NCBI GenBank assembly: GCA_963664435.2
Contig: CAXXKM010000002.1
Span: forward strand, 96,001 to 160,000
From: Longimicrobiales bacterium
GTDB lineage: Bacteria > Gemmatimonadota > Gemmatimonadetes > Longimicrobiales > Gaopeijiaceae
DNA length: 64,000 nt
Direction of reading: 5' to 3'
Within the stretch, counting starts at the first letter, position 1. Each line of letters starts with the position of its first letter. Made by a program: the position numbers and the translations under genes. The notes under the pieces were generated by a model. The model saw nothing but the letters and a program-made list of their open reading frames with translations. It was not told the origin of the DNA and ran no database searches. Shown in pieces: positions 9,910 through 18,598 of this stretch.

Positions 9910-10286
9910 GGATCGTGCTCCCCGAGGCGCTGAGGGAGTTGGCTGGGGGCGCGGGGATGATCGAGCTGTCCGGCGAGGAGGGGGCAGGCGGCGCACCGGC
10001 TCGAGGCGCTGCCGGCAGTTCGGCATCGGTCGGTGGCGGCGCGGGGACGGGGGACGGGGAGCGCGGCACTGCCGATGGCACTCTCGGTACGGTCGGCGGA
10101 GTGCTCGGCGCGCTGCGCGCCTTCCGTCCCGGCCTCTACGACCGCCTCATGACCGAACAGGGTGCGCTGCGGCCCCATGTGAACATCTTCGTGGACGGGG
10201 AGAACATCCGCTTCACCGGCGGCCTCGGGACGCGGGTCGGGGCCGGCAGCGAGATCTTCGTGCTTCCCGCGATCAGCGGCGGATGA
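9906..10286 (+). CDS. MoaD/ThiS ubiquitin-like protein with Gly/Ala-rich insertion
   Basis: LRPHVNIFVDGE...IFVLPAISGG-stop; GTGA overlap with the upstream stop. Confidence 0.85.
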   Translation: MRIVLPEALRELAGGAGMIELSGEEGAGGAPARGAAGSSASVGGGAGTGDGERGTADGTLGTVGGVLGALRAFRPGLYDRLMTEQGALRPHVNIFVDGENIRFTGGLGTRVGAGSEIFVLPAISGG

Positions 10287-10299
10287 GGGGGCGCTGCGC

Positions 10300-10971
10300 A
10301 TGACCCCTGCCCGTTCCTTTTCCTTCGAGGTCGCCGGCGGCTCCGTCTCGGCGTTGCTGCTGCGGCCGCGTGACGCACGGGCCCTGCTGGTCCTCGGGCA
10401 CGGTGCGGGCGCGGGCATGCGGCACGTCTTCATGGAGGAGATGGCGGAGGCGCTGGGCGAGCGCGGGGTCGCCACCTTCCGCTACCAGTTCCCCTACATG
10501 GAGGCGGGGCGGCGATATCCCAACCCGCAACGCATCCTGACCGCCACGGTGCGGCGGGCGGTGGCGGCGGCCCACGCGGCCGCGCCCGATCTGCCGCTGT
10601 TCGCGGGGGGCAAGTCGATGGGCGGCCGCATGACCTCCCTGGCGGCGGCGGACGCTCCTCTCGCGGGCGTGCGCGGGATCGCCTTCCTGGGCTTTCCCCT
10701 GCACGGCATCGGCAAGCCGCCCGGCATCGAGCGGAGCGAGCATCTCCACCGGGTCGAGCTACCCCTGCTGTTCGTCCAGGGCACGCGCGACCGGCTGGCC
10801 AACCTGGACTTCCTGTGTCCGGTGGTCGAGCAGCTGGGGTCCCGCGCGACGCTGCATGTGGTCGAGGGCGGGGACCACTCGTTCAAGGTGCTCAAGAGAA
10901 GCGGGCGCGCGCACGAGGAAGTGATGGCGGAGGTGGCCGACGCGGTGGCGGGGTGGATCCGGTCGCGGTGA
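10300..10971 (+). CDS. Alpha/beta hydrolase
   Basis: HGAGAGM, GGKSMGG nucleophile elbow, QGTRD, GGDHSF. Confidence 0.88.
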   Translation: MTPARSFSFEVAGGSVSALLLRPRDARALLVLGHGAGAGMRHVFMEEMAEALGERGVATFRYQFPYMEAGRRYPNPQRILTATVRRAVAAAHAAAPDLPLFAGGKSMGGRMTSLAAADAPLAGVRGIAFLGFPLHGIGKPPGIERSEHLHRVELPLLFVQGTRDRLANLDFLCPVVEQLGSRATLHVVEGGDHSFKVLKRSGRAHEEVMAEVADAVAGWIRSR

Positions 10972-10978
10972 CCGCCGG

Positions 10979-13513
10979 CTAGCCCAGCCAGCGCATCAAC
11001 CGTTCCAACGCGGCCACGAGGTCGGGCTCCTCTTCCAGCACCGGGGCCAGCGGGTCCCTTCCCAGTACGGCCATGCGCGCGGGCGCCGTCCGAATGGTGT
11101 GGTGTTCGATGGCCAGTCCCTTCTCCACCTCGCTCCACTCGAGCGGCATGGAAACCGGGGCGCCGGGCTTGGGCCGCACGCAGAAGGGCGCCGCGATCAG
11201 CTTGCCGTGGCCGTTCTGCAGGTAGTCCAGGTAGACCTTGCCCTCCCGGCGGCTCACCCGCCGCTCCACCGTGGCGATCTCCGGCCGCTCGACCGCGACC
11301 ACACGGCTCATCACCCCGCCGAACAGTTGTGACTGCTCGTAGGTGCACCGCCGTCCCAGCGGGATGAGGACATGCAGCCCGGACGAGCCGCTGGTCTTCA
11401 CGTAGCTCGACAGCCCCGCCTCCTCGCACACCCCGCGGATGCACCGCGCCACTTCGATCACATCGGCGAAGGAAGCCTCCTTGGGATCCAGGTCCAGCAC
11501 GCACCAGTCCGGGCGGGACGGCGTCTCCAGGCGGCTGTGCCAGATGTGGAGCGGAATGGTGCCCATGTTCGCAATGTAGAGGATGGCCTCCGGCGAATCG
11601 GCCACGAAATAGTTCAGATCGCGTCCCGAGCTCTCCGAGAAGACGGTCTCGGTGCGCAGCCACTCGGGCGCCCACTCAGGCGCGTCCTTCTGGTAGAACG
11701 ACTTGCCGTCGATGCCGTCCGGGTAGCGGGTCATGACCAGCGCGCGGTCCGCCAGATACGGAAGCAGCCAGGGCGAGATGGCGCGGTAGTAGTCGATCAG
11801 GTCGCCCTTGGTATAGCCCTCCGCGGGCCAGAACACCTTGTCCAGGTTGGTGAAGTGCACCTCGCGCGCGACGCTCGGAGCGCGCACCGGAAGGGGCTCG
11901 GGCAGCGTCTCAAGCAGTGCATCGTCCCTCTCGAGGATGCACTCCCGCGGCTGTTTGTCCTCGCGGAAGCGCACGAAGGACGGATGCCGCAGCTGGCCCG
12001 CCTCGGTGCGCTCCTTGTAACGCACCTCCGCGACCAGTTCGGGGTGAACCCAGCGCTGCGTCCGGCCGGCCACGAAGGTCCCTTCTCCCGTCGCCGGACA
12101 CTCCCCGACCTCCATCTCGATGAGCATCTCGCGGATTTCGCCGAGCTCCCCGGCCGTGAAGCCCGTGCCGACGCTGCCCGCGTGCACCAGCGTGTCGCCT
12201 TCGTAGCGCGCCAGGTGCAGCGAACTCAGCCCGGGCCGCGAATCCTCGGGCTCCGACCAGCCGACGACGACGAAGTCCCCGGCCTCCATCGCCCGGATCT
12301 TCATCCAGGAGCCCGAACGGGCCGAGACGTAAATGCTGTCCTCCCTCTTGGCGACGATGCCCTCCAGGCGCATCTGCGTGACGTGTTCGTACATCACTTC
12401 GCCCGCCTCCGCGATGTGGTCGCAGAAGTGCAGCGGCCCCGCCGGAGGGAGCACCTCGCGCAGCACTCGCTTGCGCGCCAGCAGGGGCAGGGCGCGCAGG
12501 TCAAGGTCGCCCACCGCCAGCAGGTCGAAGACGTACATGCGCGCCGGAAGCTCGACCGCCGCGCGCTGGATGTCGGCGTGGTTCTGCAGGCGGCCCCGCT
12601 TCTGCAGCCGGGCGAAGCTGGGCAGGCCCGCGGCGTCGTGGACCACCACCTCGCCGTCGACGATCACATGGCCGAACGGGAGACCGCGCACGGCCCGGGC
12701 GATCTCCGGGAAGGTCGCGGTGAGATCGTTGCCGTTTCTGGACCAGAGCACCGCCTCGCCCGCCTTGCGGGCGGCGATGATGCGGTAGCCGTCGTACTTG
12801 ATTTCGAACACCCATCCCCGGCGCGTGAACGGGGTTTCCCGCGAGGCTGCGAGCATCGGGCGCACCGCGCGGGAGTCGACGCGGCCCTCGCGCGCGCCCA
12901 GCTCCCGGGCCAGTTTCTCGACTGCGGCCTGGCGCCGCTCCGGGTGCGCGACCTCGTCCACCGCGAGCCCCGAATAGACGGATTCCACCGGATAGGCCTC
13001 GGTGCCGCGCTCATCCACCCAGGCATCCGTCTCCTTGATCAGGAGCCACGAGTTCTCGGACTGGCGCGTCTTCACCAGAGTCCAGCGGCCGTTCAGCTTG
13101 AAGCCGCGCAGATCGAAGAGCAGCTTCCCGCTTTCGAGCCCGGCGCGCGGGTCCTCGACCGGCACCCACACCCCCTTGTCCCAGAGGATGACCGAGCCCG
13201 CTCCGTAGTTGCCCTCCGGAATCACGCCTTCGAATTCCGCATAATCAAGCGGATGGTCCTCGACGTGGACGGCCATGCGCTTGTCCTGCGGATTGGGCGA
13301 TGGCCCTCTGGGCACGGCCCACGAGAGGAGCACCCCGTCCAACTCCAGCCGGAAATCCCAGTGCAGGCGCGTGGCGTCGTGCTGCTGAACGACGAACAGG
13401 CGGCTCCCGGCGAGCGCCGCGCCGCCGAAGGGCTCCGGAGTGCGGGAGGCCTGCCGCTTGGCGCGGTACTCGGCGAGCTTGTCGCCGGACGTCTTGCCGA
13501 GCCCCGGAGTCAT
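10979..13513 (-). CDS. ligD: DNA ligase D (phosphoesterase, ligase and polymerase domains)
   Basis: HDATRLHWDFRLE, EIKYDGYR, EGIVAK, TNLDKVFWP, DLDP, KTSGSSGLH. Confidence 0.95.
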   Translation of the reverse strand: MTPGLGKTSGDKLAEYRAKRQASRTPEPFGGAALAGSRLFVVQQHDATRLHWDFRLELDGVLLSWAVPRGPSPNPQDKRMAVHVEDHPLDYAEFEGVIPEGNYGAGSVILWDKGVWVPVEDPRAGLESGKLLFDLRGFKLNGRWTLVKTRQSENSWLLIKETDAWVDERGTEAYPVESVYSGLAVDEVAHPERRQAAVEKLARELGAREGRVDSRAVRPMLAASRETPFTRRGWVFEIKYDGYRIIAARKAGEAVLWSRNGNDLTATFPEIARAVRGLPFGHVIVDGEVVVHDAAGLPSFARLQKRGRLQNHADIQRAAVELPARMYVFDLLAVGDLDLRALPLLARKRVLREVLPPAGPLHFCDHIAEAGEVMYEHVTQMRLEGIVAKREDSIYVSARSGSWMKIRAMEAGDFVVVGWSEPEDSRPGLSSLHLARYEGDTLVHAGSVGTGFTAGELGEIREMLIEMEVGECPATGEGTFVAGRTQRWVHPELVAEVRYKERTEAGQLRHPSFVRFREDKQPRECILERDDALLETLPEPLPVRAPSVAREVHFTNLDKVFWPAEGYTKGDLIDYYRAISPWLLPYLADRALVMTRYPDGIDGKSFYQKDAPEWAPEWLRTETVFSESSGRDLNYFVADSPEAILYIANMGTIPLHIWHSRLETPSRPDWCVLDLDPKEASFADVIEVARCIRGVCEEAGLSSYVKTSGSSGLHVLIPLGRRCTYEQSQLFGGVMSRVVAVERPEIATVERRVSRREGKVYLDYLQNGHGKLIAAPFCVRPKPGAPVSMPLEWSEVEKGLAIEHHTIRTAPARMAVLGRDPLAPVLEEEPDLVAALERLMRWLG

Positions 13514-13655
13514 GCGAACGCGGAGCCCGGCCGGAGCCCGCGCGACCCCGAAGAGGCGGGACAGCCCGCCGCGGCCCTCACCTTCCGGTTGCCTGCCCCG
13601 TCAACCATCATGTAACCTCCCCTGCCAGTTTCGGATACCGATTCCCGGGGACATC

Positions 13656-14480
13656 ATGGCCGCACGAGCGATCGGAACCTCCAGCATTTCCTTCGGTCTC
13701 GTCACGATCCCGGTCAAGCTGTTCGCGACGAGCAAGTCGAGCGCGCGCGTCAGCTTCAACTGGGTCGACCGCAAGACCGGGGTGCGGGTGCGTCAGCAGT
13801 ACTTCAACCCCGAAAACGGGGAAGTCGTGCCCAAGGAAGACATGGTCAAGGGATACCAGTTCGCCAAGAACCAGTTCGTGCTCTTCGAGCCCGACGAGCT
13901 GAAGGTGCTGGAGCAGCCCAAGACCGATTCCATCGAGATCGCCGAGTTCGTGCCGGCGGAGGAAGTGGAGCGCGTGTACCAGGACCGGGCCTACTACCTC
14001 GGGCCGGACCGGGGCGGCGCCCGCGCCTACCGCCTGCTCGCGGCCGCGCTGGAGCAGACCGGCCGCGTCGCCGTGGCCCGCTTCGCCACCCGCGGCAAGC
14101 AGTACCTGGTCATGGTGCGCCCGTACAAGAGCGGGCTCATGCTCGAACAGATGCGCTACGAGGCCGAAGTCCGCGCCTGGGAGGAAGTGCCCGTCGAAGA
14201 GGGGGACATCAACCCTGCGGAACTCGACCTGGCGGTCCAGATGATCGAGCAGAAAACCGCGGATGAATTTCAGCCCTCCGACTACAGGGATGAAGTGCGC
14301 GAGCGCCAGCTCGAACTCATCCAGCAGAAGATCGACGGCGAGCAGATCACGGTCGCGCCTTCGGCCGAGCCGCAGGCCCAGATCATCGACCTCATGGCGG
14401 CGCTGAAGGCGAGCATCGCGGGCGAGGGCGGGGAAGCGGCGGACGCCGGGCAACCCGTGCGGAAGGCAGCCTCTGGCTGA
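13656..14480 (+). CDS. ku: Ku protein (NHEJ)
   Basis: RAIGTSSISFGLVTIPVKL, VKGYQ, IIDLMAALKAS; divergent from ligD. Confidence 0.95.
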   Translation: MAARAIGTSSISFGLVTIPVKLFATSKSSARVSFNWVDRKTGVRVRQQYFNPENGEVVPKEDMVKGYQFAKNQFVLFEPDELKVLEQPKTDSIEIAEFVPAEEVERVYQDRAYYLGPDRGGARAYRLLAAALEQTGRVAVARFATRGKQYLVMVRPYKSGLMLEQMRYEAEVRAWEEVPVEEGDINPAELDLAVQMIEQKTADEFQPSDYRDEVRERQLELIQQKIDGEQITVAPSAEPQAQIIDLMAALKASIAGEGGEAADAGQPVRKAASG

Positions 14481-14599
14481 GATACGTCACGCGACGGGGT
14501 GACGGCTCCCGCCCTCACTGCGGTTCCGGCATGACGCGCTTGAGGTACTGATCGAACAAGGGTACGGTGAAGGCCGTGTCGCCGTGAGCCGGACTAATC

Positions 14600-15572
14600 C
14601 TAGTCGATCCCCCCGCCCGGCTGCGCGGCGCTCTCCACCCGTATCGACAGGATGTCGATGTCGTGGTACTGCTGGTGGCGTATGGATGAGGCGTAGTGGC
14701 GGAGAAGCCTTAGCGGGATTTCCGACCCGGAGCTCGGACCTCCCTCGCTCAGCATCACCAGCTGGTCCTCGATGTTGGTTTCGTCGGTGGTCGCGATGAA
14801 CTCGAGGTCGGCCGCGTCCCCGTCGTTGCCAGCGATGAGAAGCAGGCGCCGCTCCTCTCCCTCGGTCTCCTCGTCTCCGCGCATGAGGATCTGGACGGTC
14901 TCCTCGCCCACGGCGCGCAGGCGCCGCTCCATGTCCTCGCCCCAGCGCTTGCGTGCAGCGAACTTCACCATGAAGTCATCGATCTCGGACCAGATCGCCG
15001 GCGTCATCCGGGTCTTCAGACGCGACCGCCGTCCCCCGACCAGCTCTTCGAACATCGCCAGCAGGATGACGGTGAAGCCGCCGACGGTCATGCCGTTGCC
15101 GAGAATCTCGCCCCATATGCCCGGGAAGTACTCCGGGTAGATCCAATCGAACTGAAACGCGAGGCCGATCCAGAACGCTACGCCCACCACGAGGCCCTTG
15201 CGGAAGTCCAGGCCCTCCTGCAGCAGGATCTTCATTCCGAAGACGAAGATCAGGGCCACGATGATGATGAAGTATGCCGCGACCACGGGCCCCGGGATCG
15301 CGATGATCAGGTTGATGAACTTCGGCAGAAACGCGAGCGACACGAAGACGATGCCGACGCAGACACCGATCCGGCGGGCGGCGACGCCGGTGAGTTCGGC
15401 GACGCTGATGCTCATGCCGTAGGTGGTGTTCGGAACCGTTCCCGTGAGGCCGGAGAGCAGGTTGCCCAGCCCATCGGCGGAGATCGCCCCCTGGATGGAG
15501 CGGAAGTCGATCGCGCGCGGCCTGCGCCACGACACTCGCTGGATGGCGATGGCGTCCCCGAGCGTGTCCAGC
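14600..15572 (-). pseudogene. 3' half of a split NCS2 (xanthine/uracil) permease with a C-terminal soluble domain
   Basis: ADGLGNLLSGLTGTVPNTTY NCS2 region; joins in frame to 45262-46052 across the GTGTCCAGC repeat. Confidence 0.88.
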
Positions 15573-15666
15573 AAGCACTATGAAGTTTGTATCGTGTTGT
15601 GCCTGTTTGTGTTAGGTATTCGGCGGACGAAATTACCGCTGTTTGATTCCCGCCGATTGCGAAATC

Positions 15667-16664
15667 TCAGGCGCGAGCCCTCGGGCGGCTTTCCAGAGCC
15701 GTCCTGAGCCGTCCCGCGTCGGGCCTCTGGTAGCACCTGAGCACCGTGTGTGCGTTCTTCCAGCCGCCAAGCTCGCAGAGCACCTTGAGCGGCAGTTCCA
15801 TGAGGTCGCTGGCAAACTTGCGCCTCAGCGAGTGCCAACTCCGCCCCCGCTTCGGCTCCAGCCCCGCGAGGGTCTGCGCCCTGCACCACAGGCGGTAGGC
15901 CCATGCGCGGCCCATGCACCGGGAGGCATCCTCCGCCGCGGGCAGCACTGGAGCGTCGCCCGTTCCCGCGCCCAAGCTCCGTGCCTCCTCCAAGGCCGCG
16001 ACCGCCTCGTCGGTCACCGGCGTGGTGTGTTCGTAACCGGTCTTCTCGTGCTCGGCCCTCCACCGGATGGTCCTGCCCTCAAGGTCGATGTCCGTCCACC
16101 TCAGTTGACGGATCGCCCCGATCCGGTGCCCCGTCTCGTGGGCGAGCACCAGCGCGACGTGGAATCGCCAATCGACCCGCCGAGAGACCCCGAGCAGCGC
16201 CCGGTACTCGTCGTCGGTGAGGACGACCCGGTTGGGGTTCTTCTCCGTGGGCTTCCTGAGGCCCTTCAGCGGATTCCTGTCGAGGAGCAGGCGGCCCCGG
16301 TCGTCCCTAGACCTTGCGGCCCAGTTGAGGACCGCGACCAGGAACGTCAGGTCGTGTTCGACCATCCGGTCGGACACGGGCTTGCCGCTGGGGCCGATCC
16401 TCCCGGCGCGGCGCTCCTGGATGAACCGGTCCCAATCGCGCCGCGACAGAGTCGCCGGGTCCCGGTCCCCGCCGAAGAACTGGAGGAACATGGTTGTCGC
16501 GGTCCTGTCCCGGCACCGGACCCGCTCCGTTTTGGAGGGCGTCACCTCCTCTCCGTAGATTTCAAAAAGCGTACCCAGAGTGAGCGGCTCGGGCTCGGCG
16601 TCCTTCTTGCCGTTCATCTCCGGCGTCGCGAAATCGGCGGCGGCCTCGTCGGCCTGCCGCTTCG
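15667..16664 (-). pseudogene. Outer-element tyrosine integrase, C-terminal part
   Basis: GHRIGAI, EHEK, WHSLRR, LGGWK and RCYQ catalytic motifs; missing N-terminus found at 33333-33509. Confidence 0.9.
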
Positions 16665-16761
16665 ACATGAGCTAGCAGATTCACATCTTACTGTGATCGT
16701 TGAGCTTACGGGATTCGGAGATGTCGTTCCCGCTGTTTGATTCCCGCCGAATCGACCGGGA

Positions 16762-17925
16762 TCAGGTGCGGAGCCTCGGGCGGCTTTCCAGAGCCTTCCT
16801 GAGTTGTCCCGTGTCGGCCTGCTGGTAGCAGCGCAAAACCGTCTGGGCCTCCTTCCAGCCACCGAGTTCGCAGAGCACCTTCAGCGGAAGGTCCATGAGG
16901 TCGGACGCGAATTTCCGCCTCAGCGAGTGCCAACCACGCCCGCGCTTGCGTCCCAGCCCCGCAACGTCTTCGGCTCTGTTCCACCAGTAGCGGACCGGCG
17001 ACTTGCCCATGCACTTCGAGGCATCCCTGGACGCGGGCAACACCGGCGCGTCTCCGTTTCCGGGCTTCCTGCGCTGCGCCTCTTCCAAGGCGGCGAGCGC
17101 CTCGGCGGTCACGGGCGTGCGGTGCTCGTATCCGCTCTTCTCGTGCTCGGCGCGCCACAGGATCGTCCTGTCCTCGAAGTCGATGTCAGTCCACCTGAGG
17201 TTGCGGATGGCACCGATCCGGTGACCGGTTTCGTGAGCGAGCACGAGCGCGACGTGGAACCGCCAGTCGACCCGGCGGGACACTCGTAGCATCGCGTCGT
17301 ATTCCTCGTCGGAAAGGACGATCCGCGTCGGGTTCTTCTCCCTGGGCAGCTTGAGCCCTCGCAGCGGATTCGAGTCGAGCAGCAGACGGCCCTGCTCGTC
17401 CCTCGATTTGGAAGCCCAGTTGAGGACCGCGATCAGGAACTTCAGGTCGTTCTCGATCGTCCGATTCAACACCGGCCGGCCGCTCGGTCCGAGCCTGCCC
17501 GCGCGGCGCTCCCGGATGAACCGGTCCCAGTCCCGCTTCGACAGCGTCTCGGGTCTTCGGTTTGGCCCGAGGAAGTCGAGGAACATCCGCATCTGCATTC
17601 CGTCCCGCTGCCGAGTCTTCTCGCTCTTGGTGGGCGTCACCTCCTCGCCGTAGATTTCAAAAAGCGTTTCCAGAGTGAGCGGCTCGGGCTCGGCTTCCGC
17701 CTTGCCGTTGGGCTCGTGGACCGCGAAGCCAGCCGCAACCTCGTCCGCCTGCCTCTTGGCCCTCGGCCAGTCACGGTGCCCCAGCGACCTCGTGAGCCTG
17801 CGCCCGTTATCGCGCCACTCGATCTGGTATCGGCCGGTCTTGGGATCGGCGAACACCCTCACCCGGTTGCGGCCCCATTCGCCGGCGCTGTAGCTGCGCC
17901 GACTTCGTTTCGTGCGTGCCATCAT
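16762..17925 (-). CDS. Intact tyrosine recombinase/integrase (387 aa)
   Basis: R-K-HxxR-W-Y catalytic set; N-terminal RVRVF...YQIEWRDNGRRLTRSLG resembles an arm-binding domain; highly similar to the outer integrase. Confidence 0.92.
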   Translation of the reverse strand: MMARTKRSRRSYSAGEWGRNRVRVFADPKTGRYQIEWRDNGRRLTRSLGHRDWPRAKRQADEVAAGFAVHEPNGKAEAEPEPLTLETLFEIYGEEVTPTKSEKTRQRDGMQMRMFLDFLGPNRRPETLSKRDWDRFIRERRAGRLGPSGRPVLNRTIENDLKFLIAVLNWASKSRDEQGRLLLDSNPLRGLKLPREKNPTRIVLSDEEYDAMLRVSRRVDWRFHVALVLAHETGHRIGAIRNLRWTDIDFEDRTILWRAEHEKSGYEHRTPVTAEALAALEEAQRRKPGNGDAPVLPASRDASKCMGKSPVRYWWNRAEDVAGLGRKRGRGWHSLRRKFASDLMDLPLKVLCELGGWKEAQTVLRCYQQADTGQLRKALESRPRLRT

Positions 17926-18598
17926 TCGATTCCTCTCGCGATGGACCGCACGATCTGCGCGAAGGAAACTTGGCACACGGCGGGCTTCTTGACCAGCGCG
18001 GGGAGATGCTCTCCCGAGCCGATCCGAAGGGCGGATTCTGCGCGGTTCGGGGCCGTAGCGCGGGTGTCCGTTCGACATCTGAGGCGGGCGGACAAGAAAT
18101 CGTGTTTCCAACGGACAGTCTGCGGACCCGCCATATCGTTGGACGGCTTGCGTTTGTGCCTCGGCAAGATGAGCGGTCGCGGCACGCGGGCGCTGGCGGC
18201 CGTGGCTGGAGCGACCCGCCACTTTCGATGCCCGGCGTGCCATCGAGGAGTTCGCCATCGGACACGCCGATGCCGTCCTCCGCGTGGAGGTCGCTCCAGT
18301 CCAGCAATCCCTTTCGGGGAAGGGCGGCCCGAGATCCGCAGATGATGGTCGCCGATGGTTTGGAGGCCGCCTTGAGCCTTCCAGCCGTGGTAAGGCGCTC
18401 GCGCCCGCCGTTGTGCGCACCGTACCAAGGAGCGGGTGGACCGGCCCGCCTCGCCGGGTCGATCTTGCAGACAAACGCGAACGGTGCCGAATCTTGGTGG
18501 GACGTGGGAAGCGGCGGCAGGCCGCCCCCTTCCCACCGTTGCCGCATCCCACCGCAAGGCGGAGGGAGAGAGACCCATCCCCGCAAGGAGGAACCGCC

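Noticed and set aside
11372..13615. Long antisense or alternate-frame ORFs (also 40957-43170, 48953-51742, 56628-59942, 61622-63496)
   Set aside because: Shadows of well-supported genes in high-GC DNA; Arg/Pro/Ala-rich with no motifs.
10979..14480. Functional link between NHEJ genes and the adjacent island
   Set aside because: ligD and ku lie outside the direct repeats; the junctions are explained by the integrase.
15667..17925. Simple tandem integrase duplication or integron
   Set aside because: Explained by nesting; no attC-like cassette array recognised.
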